Source: a virus
Taxonomy: Duplodnaviria > Caudoviricetes
IMG/VR virus record: IMGVR_UViG_3300021502_000001
Location: 1-53,310 of that record
DNA length: 53,310 nucleotides
Direction: 5' to 3' (one strand)
In this document: positions 18,242 through 28,991 of the stretch, one piece after another
Position numbering within the stretch: position 1 is the first letter of the stretch
Layout of the letters: each line of letters begins with the position of its first letter
Position numbers and translations under genes: made by a program
Notes under the pieces: generated by a model
What the model was told of the DNA's origin: nothing
The model's database searches: none
Seen by the model: the letters and a program-made list of their open reading frames with translations, nothing else

Positions 18242-19175
18242 TTATTCTATCATCATAATAAAACATATCAAAACTTATTTTTGATCTGTATGCGTTTAAA
18301 TCACTTAACATTATTTCATCTACACCGCGTGTCATAACTAAGGGTAGATTTACATGTCTTGCTACAACGGTATCAAATAACAATCTTCCTACATTATTTA
18401 CTTCTTCCCTATCAAATAGATAAGATAATCTATCATCTGGGGTGGTTGTTGTTCTTCTTCCATAAAATGTACCATCATAATCTAAAACTGATCCTGTAGG
18501 AAAATTATACATTATACAACTTTTATTAAATAAACCATCATATAATCTTTCAACAATATCATTTCTTTCAGCGGGGTTAGAGGCAAAGATATGTACATCA
18601 ACTTTTCTTTTTGTTTGTTTTCCACCACCAAGTTGATAACCACTTTTATCTGTGCCTTGTATATCTATTACTATTACTGGCGGTTCTGATGCTTCAACAG
18701 CAGCCCACTCATCAACAACTGATATATAATTCCAAGTATAAGTTACACATGGTGAATTTAATTTTCTTTCAGATACTATTCTACAATCTATATAATCTAT
18801 CATATACTCTGATTGTGGTACAATATCTAAAGTCCCACTACTAGAAGTTTCATAAACTATTACTGTAGTAGATTGTTCTGGAGTACCATATGCTATATTA
18901 CCATCACCATTTAATCCTGATACTGAGGTGTAATAATTACAGTTATTTATTTCTGCCGGGAAATCAAAATATTTCCAACCCCTTCCCCTTTCTTTTGGTG
19001 AGGGTATTAAATTTGTATTTAACTCATATACATAACTATTCATACCACAAAGATCCGTCATTAATTCAAATGATGAATATTCTTCTACCTCTATGAATTT
19101 ATTTAATACTATATCTTTTAAATAGAGGTATAAACTAATATCTTCTTTTCTTAGACTACTCATTTCGTAACCCAT
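18234..19175 (-). CDS. Putative tail terminator/completion protein
   Basis: 313 aa containing 'GYQLGGGKQTKRKVDVHIFASNPAERNDIVERL', which fits a tail-terminator-like pattern. Immediately upstream of the major tail gene. Confidence 0.55.
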   Translation of the reverse strand: MGYEMSSLRKEDISLYLYLKDIVLNKFIEVEEYSSFELMTDLCGMNSYVYELNTNLIPSPKERGRGWKYFDFPAEINNCNYYTSVSGLNGDGNIAYGTPEQSTTVIVYETSSSGTLDIVPQSEYMIDYIDCRIVSERKLNSPCVTYTWNYISVVDEWAAVEASEPPVIVIDIQGTDKSGYQLGGGKQTKRKVDVHIFASNPAERNDIVERLYDGLFNKSCIMYNFPTGSVLDYDGTFYGRRTTTTPDDRLSYLFDREEVNNVGRLLFDTVVARHVNLPLVMTRGVDEIMLSDLNAYRSKISFDMFYYDDRIIN

Positions 19176-19810
19176 GGTCTATAAATCCCCCCCACACTTT
19201 GAATTAAAATATCTTCTGCTGTTTGTATAGTCTTATTTAACCATATATCTACATTATCATCTACATAATTTTGTCCTGCTTGTAATACATCTATTGGTGG
19301 TGAGTTTGAAAATGGGTACCTTACTAATTTTTTATCTAATATACTCTTTTCTGCCTGGCGAACTTTACCATTATATTTTATAATATAAATCATATCTTTT
19401 TTAGGTACATACTCCTCAATTGGATCTATATTTACAGGCTGTTTATTAAATACCTGTTCAAAATCTAATGCTGATATTTCTACATATACACCGGTTGTAC
19501 CTTCCATAATGTTTTTTAATACTCTTAATCTACCAGAAAAGTCAAAAGTACCCATATCTGGAACAGAAATTGTTACCTCTGTATACATATCTTTTATATA
19601 TTTAAAATCATCCAATCTTTCTTTAAATTCATCTTTATAAAACAATGGATTTGTTTTACTTTTACGATCTGTTACTACACCTACTAATAACTCATCGTAT
19701 GCTTGCATTATTACTTGCTTTATATAGGGTACTTCACTATTAAATTTTGATATTAATTGTTGTCTAATTATCTCATTAAAATTTTTTGATACTTTTTTTG
19801 TATTTTCCAT
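19160..19810 (-). CDS. Putative neck/tail completion protein
   Basis: 216-aa ORF translationally coupled to its neighbours within the head-tail joining block. Confidence 0.45.
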   Translation of the reverse strand: MENTKKVSKNFNEIIRQQLISKFNSEVPYIKQVIMQAYDELLVGVVTDRKSKTNPLFYKDEFKERLDDFKYIKDMYTEVTISVPDMGTFDFSGRLRVLKNIMEGTTGVYVEISALDFEQVFNKQPVNIDPIEEYVPKKDMIYIIKYNGKVRQAEKSILDKKLVRYPFSNSPPIDVLQAGQNYVDDNVDIWLNKTIQTAEDILIQSVGGIYRPWVTK

Positions 19811-20403
19811 TATGTATATTCTTTTATTATCTCTCCGCTATCTATTTTTGGTTTATCTGTTGTGAAAGCAGTTATAATTAATACAGCCTGTGTTCCGAGC
19901 CCTTTAAGAATTGGAGCTTTCGACATTTTACATTCTATACCATCTATTACTAAACTTGTAGAATTTTTAAATAGATTATAATGTTGTGGATTTGTTTTTA
20001 ATATAACAACGGTAGATCCTTCAGCACCAGCAGGTGTATAAGTCATAGTATTACTATAACTCCTACTAGGGTCCCAGGTAACAACACAATCAACATGTGT
20101 TTTTCGTTCTGTAGTCAAATAACCCTTACCTCTACATACTGGACATCTTCCATTACTAAACCATCTATAACGTATTTGATTTGGGTTTAAAATTTCCCAA
20201 GAAACTTGTTTTTGTAAAGCCTCTTCTAATGTCCATTTACATTTACCTGTAGAATTTCCAGTTAATTTATCAAAATAACAATTAGGACATTCATTTTTAA
20301 TTGGTTGTTTATATACAACTATTTTTCTACTAAATCCTTTTAAAACATTTTGTATAGATTTTCTAAATTTTTCTTTAGTTTTTGATGAAATTCTATTTCG
20401 CAT
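19810..20403 (-). CDS. Putative head closure/head-tail connector with Zn-finger insert
   Basis: 197 aa with CPNC and CPVCRGKG motifs, positioned downstream of the adaptor gene. Confidence 0.55.
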   Translation of the reverse strand: MRNRISSKTKEKFRKSIQNVLKGFSRKIVVYKQPIKNECPNCYFDKLTGNSTGKCKWTLEEALQKQVSWEILNPNQIRYRWFSNGRCPVCRGKGYLTTERKTHVDCVVTWDPSRSYSNTMTYTPAGAEGSTVVILKTNPQHYNLFKNSTSLVIDGIECKMSKAPILKGLGTQAVLIITAFTTDKPKIDSGEIIKEYT

Positions 20404-20415
20404 TATAAACCCCTA

Positions 20416-21282
20416 TTAATAAACATAATGGTATCTTTTATTTAAAATAGATCTATACCAAGCTTTGTGCCAATTACGATCTGTATTAGCTCTAGAATTG
20501 CAAGATCTGCAGACAGTAACTAAATTTTCAGCCCCGCAAGCTTTTTTATTGTAATCTATATGGTGCACCGTAAGAACCCCATCTTCTCCCCAACAATCTG
20601 GATTTATGCATTTGTAACCATCACGTCCTTTAACAAAATCTTTGAGCTCTTTGTTCCAATCTTGACAATAAGGTTCTTTTGAAATACCGCCTTCCCAATT
20701 TGGATTATTTTTGCCATGTCTCATTTTAGACATATCTTCATAAAAACAATATGGGCACCGTCTATTACTTATCCAATTTCTCCAACTAATATTATGGTTA
20801 TGACCTCTATTACAAACGTATTCTAACTTCTGTCTATTATTAACATATCTTTTAGTCAAAAGAATATAATCTTCTTTTTTAAATTCCGCGCAAATAAAAT
20901 CTATTGTAGGTTGTTTATTATTTGAAAAACAAATACACCTTTGTCCTTGTCTCCAACCAAACCAACTTATACTTCGTTTACACCCTTTTGGACAAATGTA
21001 ATCTAATTTTTGATGTGCCCCTATATATTCTTTAGTTAAAAGTTTATAATTTTCTTTTTCAAATTTCGAATGAATAAATTCTATTGTTTTCTTTGCTTTC
21101 TTAGAAAAACAAGGGCATCTTTGTCCTCTATCCCAACAATTCCAAGTGATACTATGCCTGTGTCCTTTAGGACAAATATATTCTAACTTTTGTTTATTAT
21201 TAATATATCCATTGCTCAATAAAGTATAACCCTCTGTTTCAAAACTTTCTCTAATAAATTCAATTGTTGGTTTTTTTCCCAT
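20416..21282 (-). mobile_element. HNH homing-endonuclease-like gene (paralog A)
   Basis: Three ~52-aa repeats (GY.LL...YINNKQKL.YICPKGH...W..W..GQRCP), then WEGGIS and C-terminal HHIDYNK..C..ENLVTVCRSCN. Confidence 0.85.
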
Positions 21283-21283
21283 A

Positions 21284-22285
21284 TTAATCCAATAAAACTC
21301 CTGAAATTCCTAAAAGAATTAAAGATTTAACAACATCTTTAAGTTTATCTTCTAAATTATCTAATAATTCTTTTCTTATTTTTAGTCCCCCTTCTGGATT
21401 ATATTTAGACCCTTCATCTGATATACTTGCCCCATCTTCAATAGCATCATTTAAAAGTTGTGCCCTAACTAAATCTATTGATGATTGTAAAATATAAGCT
21501 TCTGTAGTTACGTTTGTAATATTTAAACCTGCAGGAATTGGACAACTATCATAAACCTCCATAATTTCTCTATTACTTTTAAGAAACGTATAATACCAAA
21601 TGTCTACGCCATTTATAATTTCTTTCTCTATTTCTACTCCGCATAAATTTACCATGCCAGAACATGTTGTACAAACCTCATCTATAAACTCAGTAAATTT
21701 TAAAAACATATACCCATTAACATTTGGATTGGTAGTATCAGTAAATGACTTACCACCCATTGTTACAAATGCAGGCCAGCCTTTTTCATCTAATTGGTAT
21801 ACTTTACCATCGCCATGTATAGAACTTAAGGCATCCTCACCATACTCTCTTCGTAAACCTATAGGGTCACCAATTAATAAACGTATTCTATCTATAATTA
21901 ATTTGTCCGCAGAACCATATTCTATCTCTGGTGGAAATACTGGATCATAATATAAATCTCCGGGCTCCCCAAGTATAGGGGCTGACCAACCACTATATGA
22001 GTCGGTTGTTGAATTATAATATCTAGAAATATACCAATCTTCAGATTCACCATTATAATCAGTAAGGTAATACTGTGAGAAATCAGGTCGTAATAAAACA
22101 TCACTAACTCCGTTTCTACCATTTACAACATCATGGCCTGAGACGGTAGTATATTCTGAAAGTGCAACCAAATCTGTAACTTCTGTATTTGGTGTACCTG
22201 CTCCTATATACCTTCGTATTTGTATTGTATTAAACACTTGTAAAACAGATGTTAAATTATCAACTGTAAAAGTTAATGATATCAT
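21284..22285 (-). CDS. Putative head-tail adaptor/neck protein
   Basis: 333 aa with 'IDRIRLLIGD' and a helical C-terminus typical of adaptor proteins. Position fits. Confidence 0.5.
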   Translation of the reverse strand: MISLTFTVDNLTSVLQVFNTIQIRRYIGAGTPNTEVTDLVALSEYTTVSGHDVVNGRNGVSDVLLRPDFSQYYLTDYNGESEDWYISRYYNSTTDSYSGWSAPILGEPGDLYYDPVFPPEIEYGSADKLIIDRIRLLIGDPIGLRREYGEDALSSIHGDGKVYQLDEKGWPAFVTMGGKSFTDTTNPNVNGYMFLKFTEFIDEVCTTCSGMVNLCGVEIEKEIINGVDIWYYTFLKSNREIMEVYDSCPIPAGLNITNVTTEAYILQSSIDLVRAQLLNDAIEDGASISDEGSKYNPEGGLKIRKELLDNLEDKLKDVVKSLILLGISGVLLD

Positions 22286-22296
22286 AAAAATTCTCC

Positions 22297-25065
22297 TTAC
22301 GTATTCTTTGGAGGTGGAAATGTATGTATAATTCTACCACTATATTGTTCATCCATAACTGCCTTCATATTAGGCATCATAGGGTTAAACCCAACATCTT
22401 TACTACCAATTTCTCTCCCTTCAACTATCGGAGATGATACATTTGGAAGAACACTTTCCACCCTCATACTAGGACCTATTTCTTTTCCATCTAAAGTTTT
22501 TGTTCCAATACTTTGTGTTTTTACTGTTGGATTACATATTGCATGTACTTCTGTAAATATATTACCTATTACAAAAGTTATATCGTCCATATATAAATCG
22601 ATATTACCTTGTGATACAAAACTTAATGTATTAACGTATTTTAATTGCCCGGGAGCAAAAGGTATGTTAAAATCATTTAATGGTATATAAACTTTCTGCC
22701 ATTGTTTTATTATAGTTAGATTAATATAATTATCTAAATTTAATACTGTACTATTAAAAACACCATCCCTATTTAAACTCACTTGTAAATGAGTATTTTG
22801 TTCCCAATCATTTACATAAGCCCATAATAATAGAAAATCATAATTTGTAACATCGACATCTACCCATACATACTTATAACTATCAAAATGAAACACACTA
22901 CCGTTAGCAAGGCCTGTTAAATCTAACCCATTGGTGCCTGTATACATTGATTCAGTATTTTCTATACCGCAGCCTATGTGTGTCCAATCAGTGCCTATAT
23001 CAAGCGACCCTGTCCCATTCCATACATAATTGATAGCATCTGCTGGACAAACCGTAGAAACATAAATTATTTCATCATCATAAGTAGTTGTCCCATTACC
23101 TGATACATAACCTATGATTTTATAATATGAAACAGTGGTGAAAGAAATCTTCTTATCATTTTGTTCCAAATCTATTGGACTTTCCCAAACCTGTGTCCAA
23201 GGACCGACCCCAGTACCAGACACTGTGTCTTGGTAAATTTCCCACTGATATCCAGTAACAGTCCCGTCAGACGAGGTTCCTACTATATGTAAGTTATAAT
23301 AACAATTCTCTATGCTTACATCTATCGTTGTTTCAAATACAACATCTTTTTCTAACTCTGACGTATGTAAAACCCAGCCATCATTCCAATACCCAATTAA
23401 TTTTACTGAACAATCAGCAGATCCCGGTATTTTTTCTAAATCACTGCCATATCCTACGTTTTCTGTGGTATCTGATGCACCGCCGTCTGTCCATACCCAA
23501 TCATACTCTCTACATTCTGGTAAATGTTTTCCAACTCTACTTATATCTGTTGAAGTATTTTCAAATATTATACCGCTACCTACTGTCGCTTGAACTGGTA
23601 ACTGATTAAAATTTATCGCCGGGCCAGAAAATAACCCTTGATTAAAAGTTTCTTGATGCCCAACAACATAATCCCTCCATCCATCATTCCAATTAACATC
23701 TATATCAACAACATGATTTCCTGGATTGGTAAATGCCCCTAAAGTTGCTGTGTCTCCACACCAACTAGTACCTTCTCCAGAACTATGTGGAACATCAGAA
23801 TTATAAATAATACCATTTAATATAGTAGTAGTATTACCATATACACCAACATCATTTATTTCCCAATCAATATCAACTATTCTATTACCTGGATTATTAC
23901 CTATATAACTAAAAACTACTGCGGTATCCGGTGTACTAATATTTTGACCCACAGCTTGATAACATTGTATATTAGGTATTGGAGGTCCATTAAAAGTATT
24001 TTGATTAAAGGTTTCATTATAATTAATAATTTGAGAACTATATCCATTATCCCAATGTATTACTATAGAAACTAAATGGTTTCCTGGATTGGTAAATGCC
24101 CCATTTGATGCTGAGTGACCACCCCAAGAGGTGCCTACACCACTCGTATGATATACTGTATTACTACTATCTACATTATATATAGTTGTAGTAGTATTAC
24201 CGTATATACCAACATCAGTAATTATCCAATCTATACCTGTAATAGAATCATTTATATCACTTCCAGTATAGTTAAATGATACAACTGTATCTGGTGTTAT
24301 TATATTTTGTCCTACAGCCTCATTACATATTATATTAGGTACTGGTTCATGCCAAAATATATTTATAGTAGAACTTCCAGAAGTAGTACATCCACTCTCA
24401 TCTAATACTTCTATATTAATATCATAAGTTCCAGCAGTGTTCCATTGATGATTTGATGTGGCTGCTCCAGATAAACCTAAAATAGATTCAGTATCTCCCC
24501 AATAATAATTAGTACTATTAACAGTATTTATTAATTGTATATTTTCACCATAACGAGTTCTGTAATGATTCATAATTACACTACCAGCAGATAAAATACC
24601 ATCAAACGTCCAATAATGTACATCATAAGATGTATTAGTAGTAGAATAAGTAGTATCAACATACCCATGAGCAGGAACATTGTGCCCCCATTGAAGTATA
24701 GAACATAAATTATCTTTTACTTGACAATCTTGTGTATATACAGAACTACCATCAATTGTTATTTCTACTGCGCCCCACTCGTCTAAAGTTAAAGCATTTC
24801 TATCATCTCCTAAAGGTACATCTTTCCAAAATACTATTATAACCTTTGAATTTGATATTACAGTACTCTCTTGCTCAAGCCAATCTGCGTCACCTAAATT
24901 TATATTGTAATAACCAGTACTCTCTACAGTTCTTACAGCATTCCATTTTGGGGAAGATGAAGCTGTACCATTATTATAAAAAAATCCTTGATATTTTATA
25001 TCAGAATTAGATATAATTTCATCTTTATCATAGGCAAAGCCACCAAATGTTATATTTAAGGCCAT
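22297..25065 (-). CDS. Virion protein with tandem PKD/Ig-like repeats and possible C-terminal carbohydrate-binding domain
   Basis: 922 aa, T/G/W-rich. Contains 'HQWNTAGTYDINIEV', two copies of 'GAFTNPGNH.V.I...W..G', and 'QWQKVYIPLNDF'. Confidence 0.6.
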   Translation of the reverse strand: MALNITFGGFAYDKDEIISNSDIKYQGFFYNNGTASSSPKWNAVRTVESTGYYNINLGDADWLEQESTVISNSKVIIVFWKDVPLGDDRNALTLDEWGAVEITIDGSSVYTQDCQVKDNLCSILQWGHNVPAHGYVDTTYSTTNTSYDVHYWTFDGILSAGSVIMNHYRTRYGENIQLINTVNSTNYYWGDTESILGLSGAATSNHQWNTAGTYDINIEVLDESGCTTSGSSTINIFWHEPVPNIICNEAVGQNIITPDTVVSFNYTGSDINDSITGIDWIITDVGIYGNTTTTIYNVDSSNTVYHTSGVGTSWGGHSASNGAFTNPGNHLVSIVIHWDNGYSSQIINYNETFNQNTFNGPPIPNIQCYQAVGQNISTPDTAVVFSYIGNNPGNRIVDIDWEINDVGVYGNTTTILNGIIYNSDVPHSSGEGTSWCGDTATLGAFTNPGNHVVDIDVNWNDGWRDYVVGHQETFNQGLFSGPAINFNQLPVQATVGSGIIFENTSTDISRVGKHLPECREYDWVWTDGGASDTTENVGYGSDLEKIPGSADCSVKLIGYWNDGWVLHTSELEKDVVFETTIDVSIENCYYNLHIVGTSSDGTVTGYQWEIYQDTVSGTGVGPWTQVWESPIDLEQNDKKISFTTVSYYKIIGYVSGNGTTTYDDEIIYVSTVCPADAINYVWNGTGSLDIGTDWTHIGCGIENTESMYTGTNGLDLTGLANGSVFHFDSYKYVWVDVDVTNYDFLLLWAYVNDWEQNTHLQVSLNRDGVFNSTVLNLDNYINLTIIKQWQKVYIPLNDFNIPFAPGQLKYVNTLSFVSQGNIDLYMDDITFVIGNIFTEVHAICNPTVKTQSIGTKTLDGKEIGPSMRVESVLPNVSSPIVEGREIGSKDVGFNPMMPNMKAVMDEQYSGRIIHTFPPPKNT
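23625..24345 (-). repeat. Internal tandem duplication (~120 aa x2) in the 922-aa protein
   Basis: PVPNIICNEAVGQNIITPDT...GAFTNPGNHLV and PIPNIQCYQAVGQNISTPDT...GAFTNPGNHVV. The DNA 'tttcctggattggtaaatgcccc' occurs twice. Confidence 0.85.
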
Positions 25066-25500
25066 TTAATTTGATCCCCATGTTATAATATAAGGACTTG
25101 TTGGGCCAACTATTTTTATCCAAAAGCCCGAAAATTCTTTATTTACTCCATCTTCATAACACAATAAAAAATTATGTGGGCTACTCTCTGGTGTTGATCC
25201 AACTACATAACTATAAAATATTTGAGCATCTCCGGTAAAGGTATTTGCCACTTCTACAATATTTATCCCATATAAATCTGTTATTTGATCCAACACATAA
25301 TTTTTAAATTTTGCTATTGTAACACCATCATGTATATGTCGATGCGTGGTAGAGTCCCAATAACCATATTGTATTGGAATTGAAACTAACTGCCATGAAT
25401 TTTCTAGCTCAAGACTTCCGCTTCCTGTACCGCCACTAACAGTTGTAATTACTCTTGAATAAAAATCATAGCCGGCTGAAGAAACATATTTAATGTTCAC
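25066..25500 (-). CDS. Hypothetical virion-associated protein
   Basis: 144-aa ORF abutting both neighbours, with 'WQLVSIP...GFWIK' beta-sandwich-like motifs. Confidence 0.6.
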   Translation of the reverse strand: MNIKYVSSAGYDFYSRVITTVSGGTGSGSLELENSWQLVSIPIQYGYWDSTTHRHIHDGVTIAKFKNYVLDQITDLYGINIVEVANTFTGDAQIFYSYVVGSTPESSPHNFLLCYEDGVNKEFSGFWIKIVGPTSPYIITWGSN

Positions 25501-25502
25501 CT

Positions 25503-26033
25503 CTAAACCTCCGAACCCATACGGTATGGTAAATCATCTGTAACATTATTATACCAAGCCCAAACTACACCACTTGTTGTTGTTGTGTTCCAATTTACAG
25601 CACTATCATCTTTTATTTTTGTAACTAAATAATCAGTTTTATTTAAAGGCACTTTTCTAATTGTTTGTGAAGATGTCGGTATACTGTTTTCTCTTACTAC
25701 ATCTTCTACAGAGACATTATAACTTCTATTTGCTTTTGTTAATGCATAAATATTTTCTTCATTTACTATTATATCTTCTGTATTAGTTAGAAAACCAGAA
25801 CAAGTTGCATAGACTATATAACGTCCATGATTATATATGGTTACTTCTTTTTTATATATACCATTTTCTACTGTAGATTCTATAAGGGTACCACTAAGTG
25901 TAGGTACTAAAGGGTAGTCATTTATATAACGAACATCATAATGTACTTCTTGCCCGGAAGCTAATTCACCAGTGGACTCATCGATTAATACTACTGTTAT
26001 AGAAAAAGGTTCTCCAATATTAACTCGTACCAT
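25503..26033 (-). CDS. Hypothetical virion-associated protein (Ig-like N-terminus)
   Basis: 176-aa beta-rich ORF ('ENGIYKKEVTIYNHGRYIVYA'). Confidence 0.6.
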   Translation of the reverse strand: MVRVNIGEPFSITVVLIDESTGELASGQEVHYDVRYINDYPLVPTLSGTLIESTVENGIYKKEVTIYNHGRYIVYATCSGFLTNTEDIIVNEENIYALTKANRSYNVSVEDVVRENSIPTSSQTIRKVPLNKTDYLVTKIKDDSAVNWNTTTTSGVVWAWYNNVTDDLPYRMGSEV

Positions 26034-26052
26034 CCATAGCCCCTAAAGTATT

Positions 26053-26610
26053 TTAATTATTTTTTTTCGTTTCCCAAACTGTTTTAAATTCTTTACAATT
26101 TAAAAATTCATCTGGTAATGTAATACCTTTACCATCTACATTAACTACATAACCGTAACAACGATCAACAAATTCTGTGCAATAAAAATTTTTATTGTTT
26201 GAAGCAAAATCATAGTCATATTCACATGTATTTTCTTTATATAATTTAAGTGCTATTTCTATTGCTTTACTACTTTTTTCTTCATTTTCATTACGTAAAA
26301 CAATTGCGTCATCACACCTTAAAAATACTAAAATATCCTCTTTTGTTAACCCTTTACCAATCATATGTAAAACATAATTATCACCTACATATATTCCTGC
26401 ATGTGACCAATAACCTTGTATTAATATACTACCTAAATAATGATCATAACGTCTTAAAAGAACATCACCAGGTTGAATAATATCTAATACCTCTCTTGTT
26501 TCTTTACCTTTAATATCATAATGGGAATCACCAAAAAAGATAATCCCACCCTTGTATAAACGAATATTAGAAAACCATCGTAAAAACCATTTTTTAAAAT
26601 TATACCACAT
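26053..26610 (-). CDS. Permuted papain-like NlpC/P60 amidase (YiiX/YaeF, C92-like)
   Basis: QPGDVLL, WSHAGIYVG (His), YDYDF...FYCTEFV (Cys after His, i.e. circularly permuted order). Confidence 0.85.
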   Translation of the reverse strand: MWYNFKKWFLRWFSNIRLYKGGIIFFGDSHYDIKGKETREVLDIIQPGDVLLRRYDHYLGSILIQGYWSHAGIYVGDNYVLHMIGKGLTKEDILVFLRCDDAIVLRNENEEKSSKAIEIALKLYKENTCEYDYDFASNNKNFYCTEFVDRCYGYVVNVDGKGITLPDEFLNCKEFKTVWETKKNN

Positions 26611-26626
26611 ATTATTTTTTTCCTTT

Positions 26627-27289
26627 TTAATTTAAAGAATGAAGAACATATTTATTATTATCATATATACAATATGTTTTATGATATAAAAAATCACCTA
26701 AATTTATATATGTAATTGATTCTGTAGTAAAATGTTTAGGTAAATGTGTATGTCCCATAATAATTGTATTAAATTTTTCTCTATGTTTTTTAACTGCTGC
26801 TTTTTCAATATCTAAAACCAGTGAATTATAATATTTCTTATCTTTTTTAACAGATATAGAGTGAAATAATCTAACTAACCAATTTTTAATATTAATATTA
26901 AATCTTTCTAAAACCCAATGAATGGGGAATAATATTTTTGCTACCCAAGAATATTTAAGCACAATAACATCAAACATATGACCATGTATAAAAACTATAT
27001 CACCAAACCCATGTTCTGTACAAACATTAGCATTTGGAAATACCTCTTTTAATTTCTCAATATCTGGATCATGATTTCCTTTTATTATAACTACATTAGA
27101 TAATTGTTGTATTTTTAAAACTAACTCATTATTTTTATCCAAAATATCATCAAAAGAATCTTCCCATGTATCAAATAAATCTCCTACTATTACTACTTTT
27201 TCAAAATCTTGTGATAATAAATTTAAAACCCCATGTTTAGATTTAAAAAGTGGGCTGCCTAAATGTAAATCTGAAATATATAATTCCAT
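26627..27289 (-). CDS. Calcineurin-like metallophosphoesterase (LpxH-like)
   Basis: All five motifs present: SDLHLG, GDLFD, GNHD, HGH, GHTH. Confidence 0.88.
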   Translation of the reverse strand: MELYISDLHLGSPLFKSKHGVLNLLSQDFEKVVIVGDLFDTWEDSFDDILDKNNELVLKIQQLSNVVIIKGNHDPDIEKLKEVFPNANVCTEHGFGDIVFIHGHMFDVIVLKYSWVAKILFPIHWVLERFNINIKNWLVRLFHSISVKKDKKYYNSLVLDIEKAAVKKHREKFNTIIMGHTHLPKHFTTESITYINLGDFLYHKTYCIYDNNKYVLHSLN

Positions 27290-27292
27290 ATA

Positions 27293-27979
27293 TCATCCTC
27301 CATAAATATATCCATATCTTTTATGTAAAATTGCTTTATACCAAGCCTCATACCAATTACGATCTGTATTTGCTCTAGTATTACAAGACCTGCAAACTGT
27401 GATAAGATTTTCGGCAGCGCAAGATTTTTTATTGTAATTAATATGATGCACAGTCAAATCTTTAGAATTATTTAATAAACAATCAGGATTTATACACTTA
27501 TATCCGTCTCGTTCTTTAATAAAATCTTTCAAATCATTTGTCCAATCTTGACAATAAGGTTCTTTTGAAATACCACCTTTCCAATTAGGATGTCTACAAC
27601 CTCTATTATCTATTATCCAACATGTTGGACATCTATATCCTTGTTTCCAATTATCCCAAGTCATAGAATGTTTATGACCTTCAGGACAAATATAATCTAA
27701 TTTCTGATAGGAATTCATATATACTTCAGTTAAAAACTCATAATCATATTTTTCAAAAGATTTTCTAACAAATTCTATTGTTAATTTTGGTGTTCCAAAA
27801 CAATAAAAACATCTTCTTCTGCCAGCCTTCCAATTATTCCAATTTATCGAATGTCTATGTCCTTTAGGACAAATATAATCTAACTTTTGTTTATTATTTA
27901 TATACACCTTTGTTAAAAGAATATATCCTTCTTTAAAAAACTCACCTCTAATAAATTCTATAGTTAATTTTTTACTAAT
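27293..27979 (-). mobile_element. HNH homing-endonuclease-like gene (paralog B); reading frame extends to an ATT codon at 27979
   Basis: Same C-terminal HNH block as paralogs A and C, with two N-terminal repeats. The 24 in-frame codons upstream of the track start read ISKKLTIEFIRGEFFKEGYILLTK, homologous to the paralog N-termini. Confidence 0.8.
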
Positions 27980-28968
27980 TATCTAATCCTATTTCTATGA
28001 AATACAATAGTAGCTGCAACACTCCACTCATGATCTCCTTGATCTATATTAGTTTCCCCCGTCATTTTTAATCTGAAACCGTTTCCTAGTTCATCCGTGT
28101 CTGAGCAAGATAATGGCATGAAACCACTATTTAGGAGCAAAATACGATTTGTAAATCTTGCAAATATTATTTCACCTGCAAACATATTATACCTCCCATC
28201 TCCATAAGGAGCAGGACTAATACTTTCATATAACCCTGTACTAGAATTAAAATCAGCATTCCAAAACGCAGTTGGTGGTTCATCAAGATCATTGTTTGGC
28301 ATATAAACTAATCCACCTATTGGTGATGTTATATCACTAGTAACCTCAATAGTTCCATCTCCAGCCGCAGGTATAACTATGTAACCGCCATATAAATTAT
28401 AATTTGTATTTGTTCCAGGAGCAACACCCGTTGCTCTGCTAACCATTTCTAACGTTATAGAGTCCCCTTTGCAATTTTCCCAATTAATTAATCCTTCATG
28501 GATCCAAGTCTCATTTAAACAAATATTAAAATCTACATATATAATTTCAGTTAAACTTCCAGAAATGGTATGACGCAATAATAATTTCTGATCTCCACCA
28601 CCAACATCAGTTACATCTGAAAGATCGTCTCCATATCCAGTCCAATATGTTTTCGTACCGATTTTGCGAGATGTTTGATGTACTCTCAATTTTCCAGAAC
28701 GATCTCGTAATTCATCTGGTAAATCTACCTGTTGTATACCTGCTTCAGAAGGTACACCATCATGTGAAGATACAACCCCAGACAACGTCGTTTCGTCTAC
28801 AGTTGAAAGTTCCGCCTTAAACAATATATCGCACGCCGATACATCAGCATTTATATGATCCAACGCAGTAATTATACTAGAATTTATTATCTCGCTATAT
28901 AATTTACTAGTATCTACCACCCCATTTAAAAAATCTATCAATAAATAATTATATGAAACTAAACTCAT
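27979..28968 (-). CDS. Hypothetical virion structural protein
   Basis: 329-aa acidic, G/T-rich ORF with AAGGAG RBS, within the fibre/appendage block. Confidence 0.6.
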   Translation of the reverse strand: MSLVSYNYLLIDFLNGVVDTSKLYSEIINSSIITALDHINADVSACDILFKAELSTVDETTLSGVVSSHDGVPSEAGIQQVDLPDELRDRSGKLRVHQTSRKIGTKTYWTGYGDDLSDVTDVGGGDQKLLLRHTISGSLTEIIYVDFNICLNETWIHEGLINWENCKGDSITLEMVSRATGVAPGTNTNYNLYGGYIVIPAAGDGTIEVTSDITSPIGGLVYMPNNDLDEPPTAFWNADFNSSTGLYESISPAPYGDGRYNMFAGEIIFARFTNRILLLNSGFMPLSCSDTDELGNGFRLKMTGETNIDQGDHEWSVAATIVFHRNRIR

Positions 28969-28991
28969 TTTTATTCTCCTTATCTAAACAA

